Assembly: GCA_031370005.1 (NCBI GenBank)
Contig: JANMPT010000050.1
Coordinates: 14,829 to 78,828 of the forward strand
Source of the DNA: Bdellovibrionales bacterium
Lineage (GTDB): Bacteria; Bdellovibrionota; Bdellovibrionia; Bdellovibrionales; Bdellovibrionaceae
DNA: 64,000 nt
Direction: 5' to 3'
This document shows positions 63,030-64,000 of the stretch, piece after piece (position 1 is the first letter of the stretch; every line of letters begins with the position of its first letter). Below the pieces are notes generated by a model, which saw only the letters and a program-made list of their open reading frames with translations, was not told the DNA's origin and did no database searches. The translations under genes were made by a program, and so were the position numbers.

Positions 63030-64000
<971 letters not shown>

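Overview
Core-genome window of a Bdellovibrio-like predatory bacterium (Bdellovibrionota). The assignment rests on the partial 16S sequence, the Agl-Glt cluster and the type IVa pilus operon, and on recalled synteny with B. bacteriovorus that was not verified by search. Most genes lie on the + strand. In order: cpoB(3' end)-tsaD-rsmA-smpB; a variable block (PilZ protein, NHL lipoprotein, beta-barrel plus large lipoprotein, lplA, methyltransferase, SLT muramidase); a lower-GC three-gene insert; fliL and a sigma54 activator; nnr-engB-kdsB-pyrG-kdsD-kdsC; a 10-gene Glt/Agl (gliding/TolQR-like) cluster; lptC/A-lptB-rpoN, an acyl-CoA dehydrogenase and hpf; metK-lepA and three tandem lepB; pyrB-carA-orf-carB; pilHI-pilD-pilMNOPQ; rarA; tRNA-Ala(UGC); and the 5' part of a 16S rRNA gene. 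The best candidate for an undescribed system is the translationally coupled operon at 12743-14678. It encodes an internally duplicated protein of unknown function, an Xre/MbcA-type antitoxin with an unusual ~85-aa N-terminal extension, and a RES-domain toxin, so it looks like a tripartite, TAC-like toxin-antitoxin or defence module. Also notable: a recurrent TCTCA-N3-TGAGA-like intergenic motif upstream of sigma28 and sigma54 promoters, a sigma28 promoter on hpf, an LptC-LptA fusion, and a tRNA-Ala placed upstream of the 16S gene. All calls come from manual motif reading; no database searches were run.
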